From Thermoproteota archaeon (lineage in GTDB: Archaea > Thermoproteota > EX4484-205 > JAAOZO01), in the NCBI GenBank assembly GCA_041479945.1, contig JBGOYZ010000002.1, positions 7,472-71,471 of the forward strand: 64,000 nt of DNA. Reading direction: 5' to 3'. Positions 10,769 through 20,054 of this stretch are shown here, in pieces; position 1 is the first letter of the stretch; every line of letters starts with the position of its first letter. Below the pieces are notes generated by a model, which saw only the letters and a program-made list of their open reading frames with translations, was not told the DNA's origin and did not search any database. The translations under genes were made by a program, and so were the position numbers.

Positions 10769-11188
10769 TTGTCGTTGTCTTCCCGCAGAAGCGTTCCATC
10801 CAAGCAGTCCGCATGGCACCCCGTTGTTTTCCCCGATAAGTGCGATGGGTGCCAGAGCTTGGAAACGCCCAAATGCATCGCGTTCTGTCAGCACGAAGTA
10901 TACGCGATTCTTGACGACAAGGCAATCGTCTTCAACCCACAGAACTGTGTGCAAGGTTGCACGGCATGTCGCCCGGTTTGTCCGCATGGCGCAATAGAGT
11001 TCCCTCTGGATCCGGGGTTTGCAAGAGCCAAGGACAAGGCTTGGACCGAGGGCCTGAAGCAGCTCACCTGCAGGCAGTGTGGCAGAGTGTTCTGGTCAGA
11101 AAGCCAACGAGATACCTGCTATGACTGCTCCGGGAAGGTTTATGCTGACGGTCGCCTGCACGATCGGAAAGGCTCTCCGCGCCCATAG
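10769..11188 (+). CDS. Cys-rich ferredoxin-like protein with C-terminal zinc ribbon
   Basis: CDGCQS...C and CVQGCTACRPVCP clusters, then CRQCG...CYDCSG. TTG start is preceded by GAGGT. Confidence 0.4.
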   Translation: MSLSSRRSVPSKQSAWHPVVFPDKCDGCQSLETPKCIAFCQHEVYAILDDKAIVFNPQNCVQGCTACRPVCPHGAIEFPLDPGFARAKDKAWTEGLKQLTCRQCGRVFWSESQRDTCYDCSGKVYADGRLHDRKGSPRP

Positions 11189-11242
11189 CTACGCTCCCTC
11201 AGATTCCCTCGATTCACGATTGTGCCATTATCATTCGTTCGT

Positions 11243-12289
11243 TCAGCAATCTGACTCCCGCCCCCTTTCTCCTGATCGCGTGGCCAATTCCTTGGCGGCC
11301 TCAATGAAAGCGATCACTTTCGCCGGGTTGTCTCCGTCACACATCACTCTCTCTATGTACATGTGGACGTGCGTTGCACCATCTTTCGATGCTCTCATAA
11401 TCCAATCTCTGACCTCAGCCATCGACATGTGCAGAAGCTCGAATGAGGGAAGCCTCCAGGTGAAGGCGATGTCAGTCTCCTCCCTGATCGTTCTAGGGCT
11501 CAGCTTTCGGGAGACCGATGGGTCATAGTGGCTCACCCTCGCCATCTTGAGATACTTCAGGTGCTCAGGACTGAGGTTCTCGCAGTGCAGAGTCCTTCTG
11601 CCAGAGGTCAACCCCGCGTAGTATTGGTTCCAGCACGGGATGACGAATTGCTCCCACATTTTCGGATGAATGAGACTGGAGAAATCGTCGGCCAGACCCG
11701 TGGAGCCCGAACTGATCTCCGGTTCTGAGTTTATTCTCCTCTGCAGGCGAACGAAGCTCGTGATACTGTCAGTGAGCAGATCTAGGAACACCTTCGCCTT
11801 CTCCGGCTCTCTGTAGAGATCGACGCAGAAATCCTTTCCACGGAGGAGAACTGCTGATGTGATCGGTCCTTCCCAGCTGAAGCCGGCAAACTTCACGTTG
11901 TCCTGTGGGAACTCCTGCTTTAGATGTTCATAGATCCTGAGGTAGTGTCTGAAGAGGTCGTTGTCCTCAAAGCTCCTGGCCTTTCTTAGGGCCTCTATTG
12001 CGTCATCTAAGGTTTTGTAGGCCGCCCTCACGTATGGCTCGGAGTCATGGAGAAAGACTACCTCTCCCCCTAGGCAAGACACATGACCGTACGAAAGGGG
12101 TGGACAGGACACGTCGGGAAGAGTGACTTCCTCACCGAAGAGCTCACGAACCTTCCTTCTGCCCGCCTTTATGGCATACACACAAGACCGAGGATTGAGG
12201 TAGTACTGGTCCAAGTCTACACCTGACAGATATGGCAGGGTCGCATCAGCCACTCCAACGAACCAACCGAGATCTTCGGTTCGGTTCAT
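11243..12289 (-). CDS. Uroporphyrinogen decarboxylase (URO-D)-family protein (MtaA-like fold)
   Basis: Length and conserved blocks of the URO-D/methylcobamide methyltransferase superfamily. It is the last gene of the minus-strand operon. Confidence 0.65.
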   Translation of the reverse strand: MNRTEDLGWFVGVADATLPYLSGVDLDQYYLNPRSCVYAIKAGRRKVRELFGEEVTLPDVSCPPLSYGHVSCLGGEVVFLHDSEPYVRAAYKTLDDAIEALRKARSFEDNDLFRHYLRIYEHLKQEFPQDNVKFAGFSWEGPITSAVLLRGKDFCVDLYREPEKAKVFLDLLTDSITSFVRLQRRINSEPEISSGSTGLADDFSSLIHPKMWEQFVIPCWNQYYAGLTSGRRTLHCENLSPEHLKYLKMARVSHYDPSVSRKLSPRTIREETDIAFTWRLPSFELLHMSMAEVRDWIMRASKDGATHVHMYIERVMCDGDNPAKVIAFIEAAKELATRSGERGRESDC

Positions 12290-12681
12290 TACTCGGATCC
12301 CTTGTCCCGGAGCGCCTCTATGCTTCGCGTCGCAACGAGGTCGACACCTAGGCCCAAGACGTTATGCATGACTATGTCGCCTATTCTGACGGGTGCTGCT
12401 ACTGTCAGCTCTGCAAGCTCCCTTGAGCAGTCCATGATTCTGTCTTTGGGGATTGGTTTCGTGGATCTCACCGGGCACACTGGCGCCACACCGCCTTCGA
12501 TGCCAACTATTGAGAAGAAATCCCTCATTGGGGCTTCGACCTCTCCGAACACGTACTCCTCCCCTCTGGAGCATGCCAAGCCCTCGGCCTTCACTGCCTT
12601 CCCGCCTTCTATGGTCACCTTGGCCTCGCATCCCACGGGACAGACAATGCACGTGATGATCCGTTCAATCTTCTCAGTCAA
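12289..12681 (-). CDS. DUF1667 domain protein (small subunit of GlpA-type G3P dehydrogenase complexes)
   Basis: CPVGC...C motif. Sits downstream of glpA and the NAD(FAD) oxidoreductase, the conserved three-gene arrangement. Confidence 0.7.
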   Translation of the reverse strand: MTEKIERIITCIVCPVGCEAKVTIEGGKAVKAEGLACSRGEEYVFGEVEAPMRDFFSIVGIEGGVAPVCPVRSTKPIPKDRIMDCSRELAELTVAAPVRIGDIVMHNVLGLGVDLVATRSIEALRDKGSE

Positions 12682-13930
12682 CGCGCCCGATCTCCTCCAA
12701 GCTGATTGTCAGTTCGGCTTTCCCCCTGAGTTCCTCGACCCTCTTTTCGGTGAAGTCCACTGTCACTGTTTCTGCGGGTCGCGCTGCCCTCACTGGAACT
12801 GCAATGTTGCCGGCCCGGATCATGGCATTGCGCACGGGGTTCCTCACCCGCAGGTACACGGTCACGGGTTCATCTCCGCTGATGATTTGAGGCACGACGT
12901 ACCTCACACCTGGTCCTGGTCGCAGCCTGATTCTATTCTTCAATGGCTCCAGTTCATCAAGGGCGAATCTTGCAGCGCTCCATCCAGCTGTCATTCCGGT
13001 TTCGGTGACATGGTCGACCAGATCATGAACATGGACCACGTTTCCGCATGCGAAGATGCCCCTGACTGAGGTTTCCATGCGTTGGTCGACGACCGGTCCT
13101 CCCGTCGTTGGGTCGAGAATGATGCCCGCTTCCTCCGACAATTCGTTCTCCGGAATCAGCCCGACCGACAGGATCAACGTATCGCACGGAATTGTCCTCT
13201 CCGTCCCGCTTATCGGGCTCCCCTTCTCATCCACATTCGCCACAGAGACTCCGCTCACCCTTTCGGCTCCATGCACAGCAGTAACCGTGCGGTTCAACAG
13301 TAGCGGTATGCCGAAGTCCTCCAAACACTGGATGACGTTTCTCGGTAGCCCCCCGGCGTAGGGCAACACCTCGATCGCGGCCTCGACCTTGGCCCCTTCG
13401 ACGGCAAAGCGTCTTGCCATGATCAGGCCGACATCACCTGAGCCGAGGATGACCACTCTCCTGCCAGGCATGAATCCCTCAACATCCATGAGCCTCTGCG
13501 CTGTTCCGGCAGTGAAGATACCAGCAGGTCGCTCGCCGGGTATGCCCAGTGCGCCTCTGGTCCGTTCCCGGCATCCCATCGCCAGGACCACGGACTTCGC
13601 CCTTATCCTGAACAGTCCGTCTAGGCTGTTCGCGGCAACAATTTCCCTTTCAGGTTTCAGCCTGAGAGCCATTGTGTCCAACTTGAATTCAACGCCCAGA
13701 GCTCTTGCCCTATCCACGAACCGGGAGATGTACTCGGGCCCCGTCAGATTCTCTTTGAAATGGTGCAACCCGAACCCCGTGTGTATGCACTGCGGCAAGA
13801 TGCCACCCAGTTCGCTGTTACGATCAAGCACTAGGACTCTTTTCGCCCCAGTCTCCTTCGCTCGGATGGCCGCGGCTAGGCCCGCAGCTCCGCCTCCAAC
13901 TACCACGACATCCTCAGTCATCTCGGCCAT
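12674..13930 (-). CDS. NAD(P)/FAD-dependent pyridine-nucleotide-disulfide-type oxidoreductase
   Basis: VVVVGGGAAGLAAA dinucleotide-binding motif at the N-terminus and a second Rossmann motif VVILGSGDVG. Confidence 0.75.
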   Translation of the reverse strand: MAEMTEDVVVVGGGAAGLAAAIRAKETGAKRVLVLDRNSELGGILPQCIHTGFGLHHFKENLTGPEYISRFVDRARALGVEFKLDTMALRLKPEREIVAANSLDGLFRIRAKSVVLAMGCRERTRGALGIPGERPAGIFTAGTAQRLMDVEGFMPGRRVVILGSGDVGLIMARRFAVEGAKVEAAIEVLPYAGGLPRNVIQCLEDFGIPLLLNRTVTAVHGAERVSGVSVANVDEKGSPISGTERTIPCDTLILSVGLIPENELSEEAGIILDPTTGGPVVDQRMETSVRGIFACGNVVHVHDLVDHVTETGMTAGWSAARFALDELEPLKNRIRLRPGPGVRYVVPQIISGDEPVTVYLRVRNPVRNAMIRAGNIAVPVRAARPAETVTVDFTEKRVEELRGKAELTISLEEIGRVD

Positions 13931-15398
13931 TCGAGTCGCCTCCGCTCAACAGTTCCTTTGCCCTGCCGAGCAATACCCTGGATCCCCTGCCTCTCTTTGT
14001 GATGCTCTGGGCTGGTATCGCCAGCTCCTCCGACATCAACTTCAGCACATGAGGGCCACAGAATCCGCCTTGGCATCTGCCCATTCCGGCTCTGGTCCGG
14101 AACTTCACTCCGTCCAAAGTAGTAGCTCCTCGCCTGATAGCTTCTAGGATCTCGCCCTTCGTAACGTGCTCGCAACGGCACACAACATATCCGTAGTTCG
14201 GATCCTGCTTGATCAGACTCTGGGCGGACATCAGGTCCGGTCTCCTCATCGGCTTGTCGATGGGTTTTCTCCTGGGGTCGAATGCCGATTTCCGCCTCAA
14301 CTCGGCACCGGATTCCGTGAGAAGGTCTACCACCTTCAGGGCCACAGATGGTGCCGCAGTGAGACCCGGAGATCTCATCCCTGCTGCATTGATGAACCCC
14401 CTGATTGTCTGACTGCTTCCCACGATGAAGTCCTTTGTGTCGGGTTCGGGTCGCAGACCACAGAAGTTGGTGATTATCATGTTCTTCTTGTCCGCCATCG
14501 AGGGGATCAGCTTGCAGGCGCCAGCCCACACTTCAGCAAGTCCACTGTGAGTTGTGGCCATGTCTCGCTTGTCATCGATGTCTTGTGCGTTGGGTCCGAC
14601 GAGCGTGTTGCCCTCGACGGTCGGAGTGACGACGATGCCCTTGCTGATCGGAGAGGGGGCCGGAAAGATCACATGTCGGGCGAGATCTCCCGCCTTCTTG
14701 TCAAGGATGTAGTACTCTCCCTTCCGAGGGTGAATCGTGAACTGGTTCGGTCCGACCATGGCTGAGATTCTGTCTGCCCAGAGTCCTGCCGCGTTGATCA
14801 CGAACTGGGCTTCTATCTCCCCTCTGGTCGTCTGAATTCCTCTGACTCGGTCCTGTTTCACGGTGATGCCGATGACTTCTGTCTCAAAGCAAGTCCTCAC
14901 TCCGTTTCGAACTGCGTTCTCCATCATCGCTATTGCGAGTTCATAGGGGCTGGTGATAGCGGCCGTAGGAGCCAACAGTGCAGCGACAGCCCCCGTGTTC
15001 AGGTGGGGCTCCATCCTGCGCAGTTCACCATTGTCAACCACGATCTCTAGGTCGGGTACGCCGTTCGTGTCTCCTCTGCGCTTCAGTTCCTTGAGCACTT
15101 CGACCTCCTCATCTTTCAGAGCTACTACGAGGGATCCAACTTCCTCAAATGGTGCCGCCACTTCTCGAGCGATATTATGCCAAAGTGCGTTGCCCCGTGA
15201 ACAGTGCTCGGCTCTGACGGTTCCAGGTGGATCGTCGAAGCCGGGGTGGATCACACCAGTATTGGCTTTGGTGGGGGATCCGAATGCGACATCTGTCTCC
15301 TTCTCCACGACCACAACGTCAGTCTCGTATTTCGAGAGCTCCCTAGCTATTGTAGATCCCACGATCCCTGCGCCAACAATCACAACGCCAGCTTTCAT
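13914..15398 (-). CDS. glpA: FAD-dependent glycerol-3-phosphate dehydrogenase with C-terminal BFD-like [2Fe-2S] domain
   Basis: VVIVGAGIVGSTIAREL FAD-binding motif. C-terminal CRCEHVTKGE...RAGMGRCQGGFC (BFD-like Cys cluster). Confidence 0.85.
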   Translation of the reverse strand: MKAGVVIVGAGIVGSTIARELSKYETDVVVVEKETDVAFGSPTKANTGVIHPGFDDPPGTVRAEHCSRGNALWHNIAREVAAPFEEVGSLVVALKDEEVEVLKELKRRGDTNGVPDLEIVVDNGELRRMEPHLNTGAVAALLAPTAAITSPYELAIAMMENAVRNGVRTCFETEVIGITVKQDRVRGIQTTRGEIEAQFVINAAGLWADRISAMVGPNQFTIHPRKGEYYILDKKAGDLARHVIFPAPSPISKGIVVTPTVEGNTLVGPNAQDIDDKRDMATTHSGLAEVWAGACKLIPSMADKKNMIITNFCGLRPEPDTKDFIVGSSQTIRGFINAAGMRSPGLTAAPSVALKVVDLLTESGAELRRKSAFDPRRKPIDKPMRRPDLMSAQSLIKQDPNYGYVVCRCEHVTKGEILEAIRRGATTLDGVKFRTRAGMGRCQGGFCGPHVLKLMSEELAIPAQSITKRGRGSRVLLGRAKELLSGGDSNGRDD

Positions 15399-15407
15399 GT
15401 ATCGCCA

Positions 15408-16967
15408 TCACTCATGAGTGTTCAAGTCCGCCAGATCTTTGTAGACTCCAGCCTCGCTCAGAGCCTCGTGGATCTTCATGTTGACTCCAAACATCTTGTC
15501 GTAGGTCCTCTTGTTCTCCAGATTCGGCTCGTATCGTTCGGCGACCTGCACCATTCTGTCGGCAGCGTCTGGAACGTTGTTGAAAACGCCAACCCCGACA
15601 CCTGCCAAGATAGCACAGCCCAACGACGTGGACTCCTCTATCCTGCACGTGAGGACCGGCAACCCAAAGACATCAGCCTGTATCTGGTTGAAGTCCGGGT
15701 TTCTAGTCATCCCACCCGTGACTCTGATCTCCTCCATCGGAGTTCCGAGGCTCTTCATCACCTCTATGTTCTTCCTGATCTCCATGGCAATTCCCTCCAT
15801 GATCGCCCTCACAAGGTCGCTCTTCTTGTGGCCAAGAGCCAGCCCGAAAACTACGCCCCTCGCATATGGATCCCAGTATGGAGCACCGGCACCCACAAAG
15901 TGGGGGATAACCAAGACGCCGTTACTGCCGGGCGGAGCTTCCGACGCTTCCTTGTTGAGGATGGTATACGGATCAACTCCCGCAGACTCCGCAGCCGCCT
16001 TCTCCGACTGGCCAAACTGGTCTCTGAACCAACGGTATATCGTGCCGGTGGAGAACATGCTGGCCTCCTGTACCCACTTACCCGGAACACTGTGGCAACT
16101 ACACAGCACTCTTCTCTTGGGGTCAAAGGTTGGTTTCTCTAAGAAAGAGAGTATGAACGTTCCAGTTCCGGTCGTGGCCTTTGTCCTGCCCGGTCTGACC
16201 ACGCCAACACCCACAGCGCTGCACTGCTGATCTCCGCCGCCGCACACGACCGGTGTCGCCTTCGCAAAGCCAGTCTCCCGAGCGGCCTCTGCGGTGACCT
16301 CACCAATTAGCTTCCCGGAAGGAAGAGGTTCAGGCAGCTTCTCTCTGTTGATCTTCAAACTCTTCAGCATGTCATCTGACCAGTCGAACTTGACTATGTC
16401 GAACAACAGGGTCCTCGAAGCGTTGTCCCAGCTGGTAATGAAAGAGCCCGTCAGTTTTGCGATGAGATAGTCATGAACCAGCAGGAACTTGTGAGTCCTC
16501 TTGTAGACCTCAGGGTGGTTCTCCATGGTCCAGAGGATCTTAGGCGCTGAGAAGTACGGGTCGACTGTCAGACCTGTGATGCGGTATATGCTACCCTCGT
16601 CGATCATCTCCTTGATCCGCTGGCATTGTGGAACAGTTCTCCTGTCTTGCCAGACGAGTGCACGATAGACCGGCCGCACCTCATCATCAACTGGCACGAT
16701 GGTTTCCCGCTGATTCGTCACGCTGATCCCTGCTATCTTCTCCGGGGTCACACCTTGGTTGGCTGCCTCGTTCAGGGCGGATCGCGACGTCCTGCATACC
16801 CGATCCCACCAGTCCGCAGCCTCTTGCTCGACCCAAGCGGGTTCGGGAAAGTAGCTGGGGAACTCCAGGTACTTCCAAGCGACGATGTTCCCGATCGTAT
16901 CGAAGATCAGGGTTCTCACTCCTGTAGTACCTGCATCAATGGCTGCGAGGAAGGTGGAGTCGTCCAT
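15408..16967 (-). CDS. glpK: Glycerol kinase (FGGY family)
   Basis: AIDAGTTGVR N-terminal phosphate motif, GWVEQEA and other FGGY blocks. ATG at 16967 (MDDSTF...) is preferred over the track's upstream extension. Confidence 0.9.
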   Translation of the reverse strand: MDDSTFLAAIDAGTTGVRTLIFDTIGNIVAWKYLEFPSYFPEPAWVEQEAADWWDRVCRTSRSALNEAANQGVTPEKIAGISVTNQRETIVPVDDEVRPVYRALVWQDRRTVPQCQRIKEMIDEGSIYRITGLTVDPYFSAPKILWTMENHPEVYKRTHKFLLVHDYLIAKLTGSFITSWDNASRTLLFDIVKFDWSDDMLKSLKINREKLPEPLPSGKLIGEVTAEAARETGFAKATPVVCGGGDQQCSAVGVGVVRPGRTKATTGTGTFILSFLEKPTFDPKRRVLCSCHSVPGKWVQEASMFSTGTIYRWFRDQFGQSEKAAAESAGVDPYTILNKEASEAPPGSNGVLVIPHFVGAGAPYWDPYARGVVFGLALGHKKSDLVRAIMEGIAMEIRKNIEVMKSLGTPMEEIRVTGGMTRNPDFNQIQADVFGLPVLTCRIEESTSLGCAILAGVGVGVFNNVPDAADRMVQVAERYEPNLENKRTYDKMFGVNMKIHEALSEAGVYKDLADLNTHE

Positions 16968-17044
16968 GCTTCTCTGATCCTTCGGTTGATAATAAAGTAT
17001 TGAAGGCGCCTGAGTAAAGGCGCGAGCGAATGAAGGCAGCACTC

Positions 17045-17263
17045 TCAGATCTCGATGCCTCTCCGTTCCATCTCTTCAGAGAGCTTCCTCGGAATCGGTC
17101 GGCATGAGCAGTTCTTCTGATGTTCCAGATGCCACTCTATTCTTTGTTCGACCGTTGGATTCCTCGGCATCCTGTTCTTCCGATGCCACTCTTCGTTTAT
17201 CGTCACACGGCTGATTGAGTTCTGCGGATATATCAGCCTTGCTGATTCATCCTCGGGGTCCAC
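17045..17263 (-). CDS. Small conserved HxxxH/CxC putative metal-binding protein
   Basis: 72 aa with EQRIEWHLEHQKNCSCRPIP motif. Located between the GH20 gene and glpK on the same strand. Confidence 0.4.
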   Translation of the reverse strand: MDPEDESARLIYPQNSISRVTINEEWHRKNRMPRNPTVEQRIEWHLEHQKNCSCRPIPRKLSEEMERRGIEI

Positions 17264-17276
17264 CAGCTTGTCTGGC

Positions 17277-18944
17277 TTACCTGACTTTGGAGTCGACTCT
17301 GCCGGCGGCTCCCCAGAACCTTTCTAGTATCCTCTCAAGCCCCTCCGGTTTTCTCTCACTCAGCCAGAGTCGTGCATATGAGTTCGCCAGAGAGATGAGG
17401 TCTGACGGGACGATCTCTCCACTGATCCTCCTCATTCCAGCATGAAGACACTTCCTGATGAACTCCAGATCCTCCGGCAGGTTGACGCAACAGAGTTCAT
17501 CGAGAACCTCTCTCCATGACTCGGCGAGGGATTTCCTCTCGGCCTCGCTCATCCTGTAGTATTGGAAGTCTGCGAACAGTACGTGCTTGATCTGCTCCGA
17601 GACCTCAGGTTTGCCGAAGAGCTTTCTGGCCTTGAGGACCTCCTTTGACTCGCCTGAGAGCATGATCCATTTGTCCTCCCATCCGCGGTTGCCCTCGCTT
17701 GCCTCGGCGCATGCAACGAGAAGTGGTTCAAGGAAGGAGAAGAGACATTCCTCGCCGTCGTCTCCCCACGCCGTGACCATATAGCCTGGCAGTTTCTCTT
17801 CCTTCGCGGCCTCGATGAAGTTGGCGATGTTCACCGTTGCCATCTCGAAGTTGGGATAGTATCTGTGCCAGTTAGCGAATCCTGGGCAGACAACTTGCTG
17901 GCTCTTCCTTTTCCCGAACAAGTTGATCTTGTCCCTGAAGTCCTTGACATCCCTCATGGCGTAGTCCCAGTTGGCGATCACAGCACCTTCCCATATGTCG
18001 CTCTTGGCCACCTCCGCCCATTTTGATCTCTCCCTTTCTCCACCTAGGTACATGCCGGTCAGCATGTCCCCCCACAGGAGCGGGATCTTGCCGCTCTGCT
18101 TCACCATGTCTACCATCTTCTTATGGTGGGTCATGTAGAGGTCTGTTCCCTTGAATTCCCATGTCTTGTCCAAGCTCTTCCCTCTGCCCATCGCCCAAGT
18201 CTCATCCCCACCGATGTGAATGTGTCTCGACGGGAATCTCAGCAGAACCTCCTGCAGCAAGTCATATGAGAACTTGGCCGCCTCTTCGTCGCTGACATCC
18301 AGACAACCTTCCTCTGGCCTGTACCACTCGCTGTACTTCCGGTATTCCGGAAGCGAAAGAATGTGCTCCATGTGTCCAGCCAACTCAAGTGAGGGGAACA
18401 CTTCTATGCCCAGTTTCTTGCCGTATTCGACGACCTCGCTCAGTTCCTCGTCGCTCAGCCTTCCCCTGTGCTTTCCGATATCAGGGTCCTTCTTCCAAGG
18501 GAATAGATCCTCGAAGTATATCGCGAAGTGGTTGTACCTCAGTACGAACAGCCACCTGAGTATTCTCTTGAATGTCTCGACAGTGGGAACTCCGCCCCTT
18601 GCGATGTCCAGATGGTACCCCCTGAAGGAGAAAGTCGGACCTCCATCGATCTTGATCTCAGGAAGGTAGCCCTCTCGCTCTCTAGCTAGCTGCAGAATGG
18701 TGGCGTAGTTGTAGTACTCATCCCCCCAGATCCTTACCTCGCCCGACGTGACTTCTATGCCTGCTCCCGGGCGCGATACTTTCGATATCTTCCACTTCCC
18801 TTTTGGAACGTGAAACTCCTTGGCGATGAATTCATGGAAGTTGGCGAAACCGTCGAACTCAAACCATTTGTCCGCATCCTTCATGGCTGTGTTGAGACTC
18901 CTAGCCTCGCACATAAAAGTGTGTTGTGACCATCTGGAGATCAA
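17277..18944 (-). CDS. Glycoside hydrolase family 20 beta-N-acetylhexosaminidase
   Basis: GH20 catalytic H-x-G-G-D-E motif (HIHIGGDE) and TIM-barrel colinearity (GYHLDIARG...). The start may be internal (MKDADKW at about 18884). Confidence 0.8.
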   Translation of the reverse strand: MISRWSQHTFMCEARSLNTAMKDADKWFEFDGFANFHEFIAKEFHVPKGKWKISKVSRPGAGIEVTSGEVRIWGDEYYNYATILQLAREREGYLPEIKIDGGPTFSFRGYHLDIARGGVPTVETFKRILRWLFVLRYNHFAIYFEDLFPWKKDPDIGKHRGRLSDEELSEVVEYGKKLGIEVFPSLELAGHMEHILSLPEYRKYSEWYRPEEGCLDVSDEEAAKFSYDLLQEVLLRFPSRHIHIGGDETWAMGRGKSLDKTWEFKGTDLYMTHHKKMVDMVKQSGKIPLLWGDMLTGMYLGGERERSKWAEVAKSDIWEGAVIANWDYAMRDVKDFRDKINLFGKRKSQQVVCPGFANWHRYYPNFEMATVNIANFIEAAKEEKLPGYMVTAWGDDGEECLFSFLEPLLVACAEASEGNRGWEDKWIMLSGESKEVLKARKLFGKPEVSEQIKHVLFADFQYYRMSEAERKSLAESWREVLDELCCVNLPEDLEFIRKCLHAGMRRISGEIVPSDLISLANSYARLWLSERKPEGLERILERFWGAAGRVDSKVR

Positions 18945-19092
18945 TTGCCCTTAGGTGCGGTCGCATGGTCCTTATGCCGTTCTTGTTTTGAGTGTTCTGG
19001 CTACAGCCTCCACGAGGGTGTTCACCTTTCGGTGGACATGGCCCGTGCATGCCACAGCATGGGAAAACCAGTCACAAGCTACAGTGCATCGC

Positions 19093-19968
19093 CTAGAACC
19101 GTACTACCTTGTTCTCTATGTGCCCAAGATCCGATATCTCCACCCTCACGGAGTCGCCTGGGTTAAGGTAGCTCGGGGTAGGTTTCATGTAAAGCCCGAC
19201 TCCGCCGGGTGTGCCGGTCATAATCAGGTCTCCAGCCTCGAACGTTATGTTCTGACTGAGCAACTCGACGACTTCGGCCACTCCAAACACCATGTCTCCG
19301 GTCGTCCCGTGTTGTCTTCTCTCTCCATTGACATGTGTGTCGATTGTCAAGCCCGAGATATCGTCTATCTCGTCAACAGTCGTAAGCCACGGCCCAGTCG
19401 GGGCGAAGGTGTCTAGGGTCTTCCCCCTCGTCCACTGTCCATCGTCCATCTGTATGTCTCTCGCAGAGACATCGTTACCTATCATGCAGCCAGCAATGAA
19501 GTTCATCACCTCCTCCTTGTCTATCCTCTTTCCCCTCTTGCCCATGACCACGACGAGTTCGCCCTCATAGTCCAGTTCCCTGGTGATGCTGGGATAGATG
19601 ATGGGATCATAAGGGCCGGTGAGAGCGTTCCTTCCTTTCATGAAGATAATCGGGTTCTTCGGCAGCTCCTTCCCCGCCTCTCGCGCGTGATCCCTGTAGT
19701 TCAAGCCTAGGCAGACGATCTTCGTGGGCCTAGCTATTGGATGAAGGAGTCTGATCTCATTCAGCGGAATCGCTTGGTCGCTGTGTTCATGGAGGTTGCA
19801 TCGCTTGAGAGACTGCATCGCCCGTTCATCTGCGATGAGATCATCAATGTCGTCTGGCACCGCGTCCTCAGACAGCAACACGCTTGCTGGCACAATTCTA
19901 TCGTCGGCCACTAGGCCATAACTCTCAAATCCCTCGCGTATGAACCTAGCGATCTTCATCTCTACCAA
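19093..19968 (-). CDS. Fumarylacetoacetate hydrolase (FAH) family protein
   Basis: FAH-domain blocks (GLNYRDHAREAG, EGELVVVMG, GTPGGVG). Confidence 0.8.
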   Translation of the reverse strand: MVEMKIARFIREGFESYGLVADDRIVPASVLLSEDAVPDDIDDLIADERAMQSLKRCNLHEHSDQAIPLNEIRLLHPIARPTKIVCLGLNYRDHAREAGKELPKNPIIFMKGRNALTGPYDPIIYPSITRELDYEGELVVVMGKRGKRIDKEEVMNFIAGCMIGNDVSARDIQMDDGQWTRGKTLDTFAPTGPWLTTVDEIDDISGLTIDTHVNGERRQHGTTGDMVFGVAEVVELLSQNITFEAGDLIMTGTPGGVGLYMKPTPSYLNPGDSVRVEISDLGHIENKVVRF

Positions 19969-20054
19969 ACAGAGACGAAGCTGCGTATAAGGTTTGAAGA
20001 CTTGTCACGTGCTGTGTTCAACTCATAAATAACAAGCTGTGGTCCAATGATGTC

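Noticed and set aside
13918-14529. 203-aa minus-strand ORF inside glpA in another frame
   Set aside because: Fully embedded in the strongly supported glpA CDS. Arg/Gly/Pro-rich low-complexity translation typical of an off-frame shadow ORF in GC-rich coding DNA.
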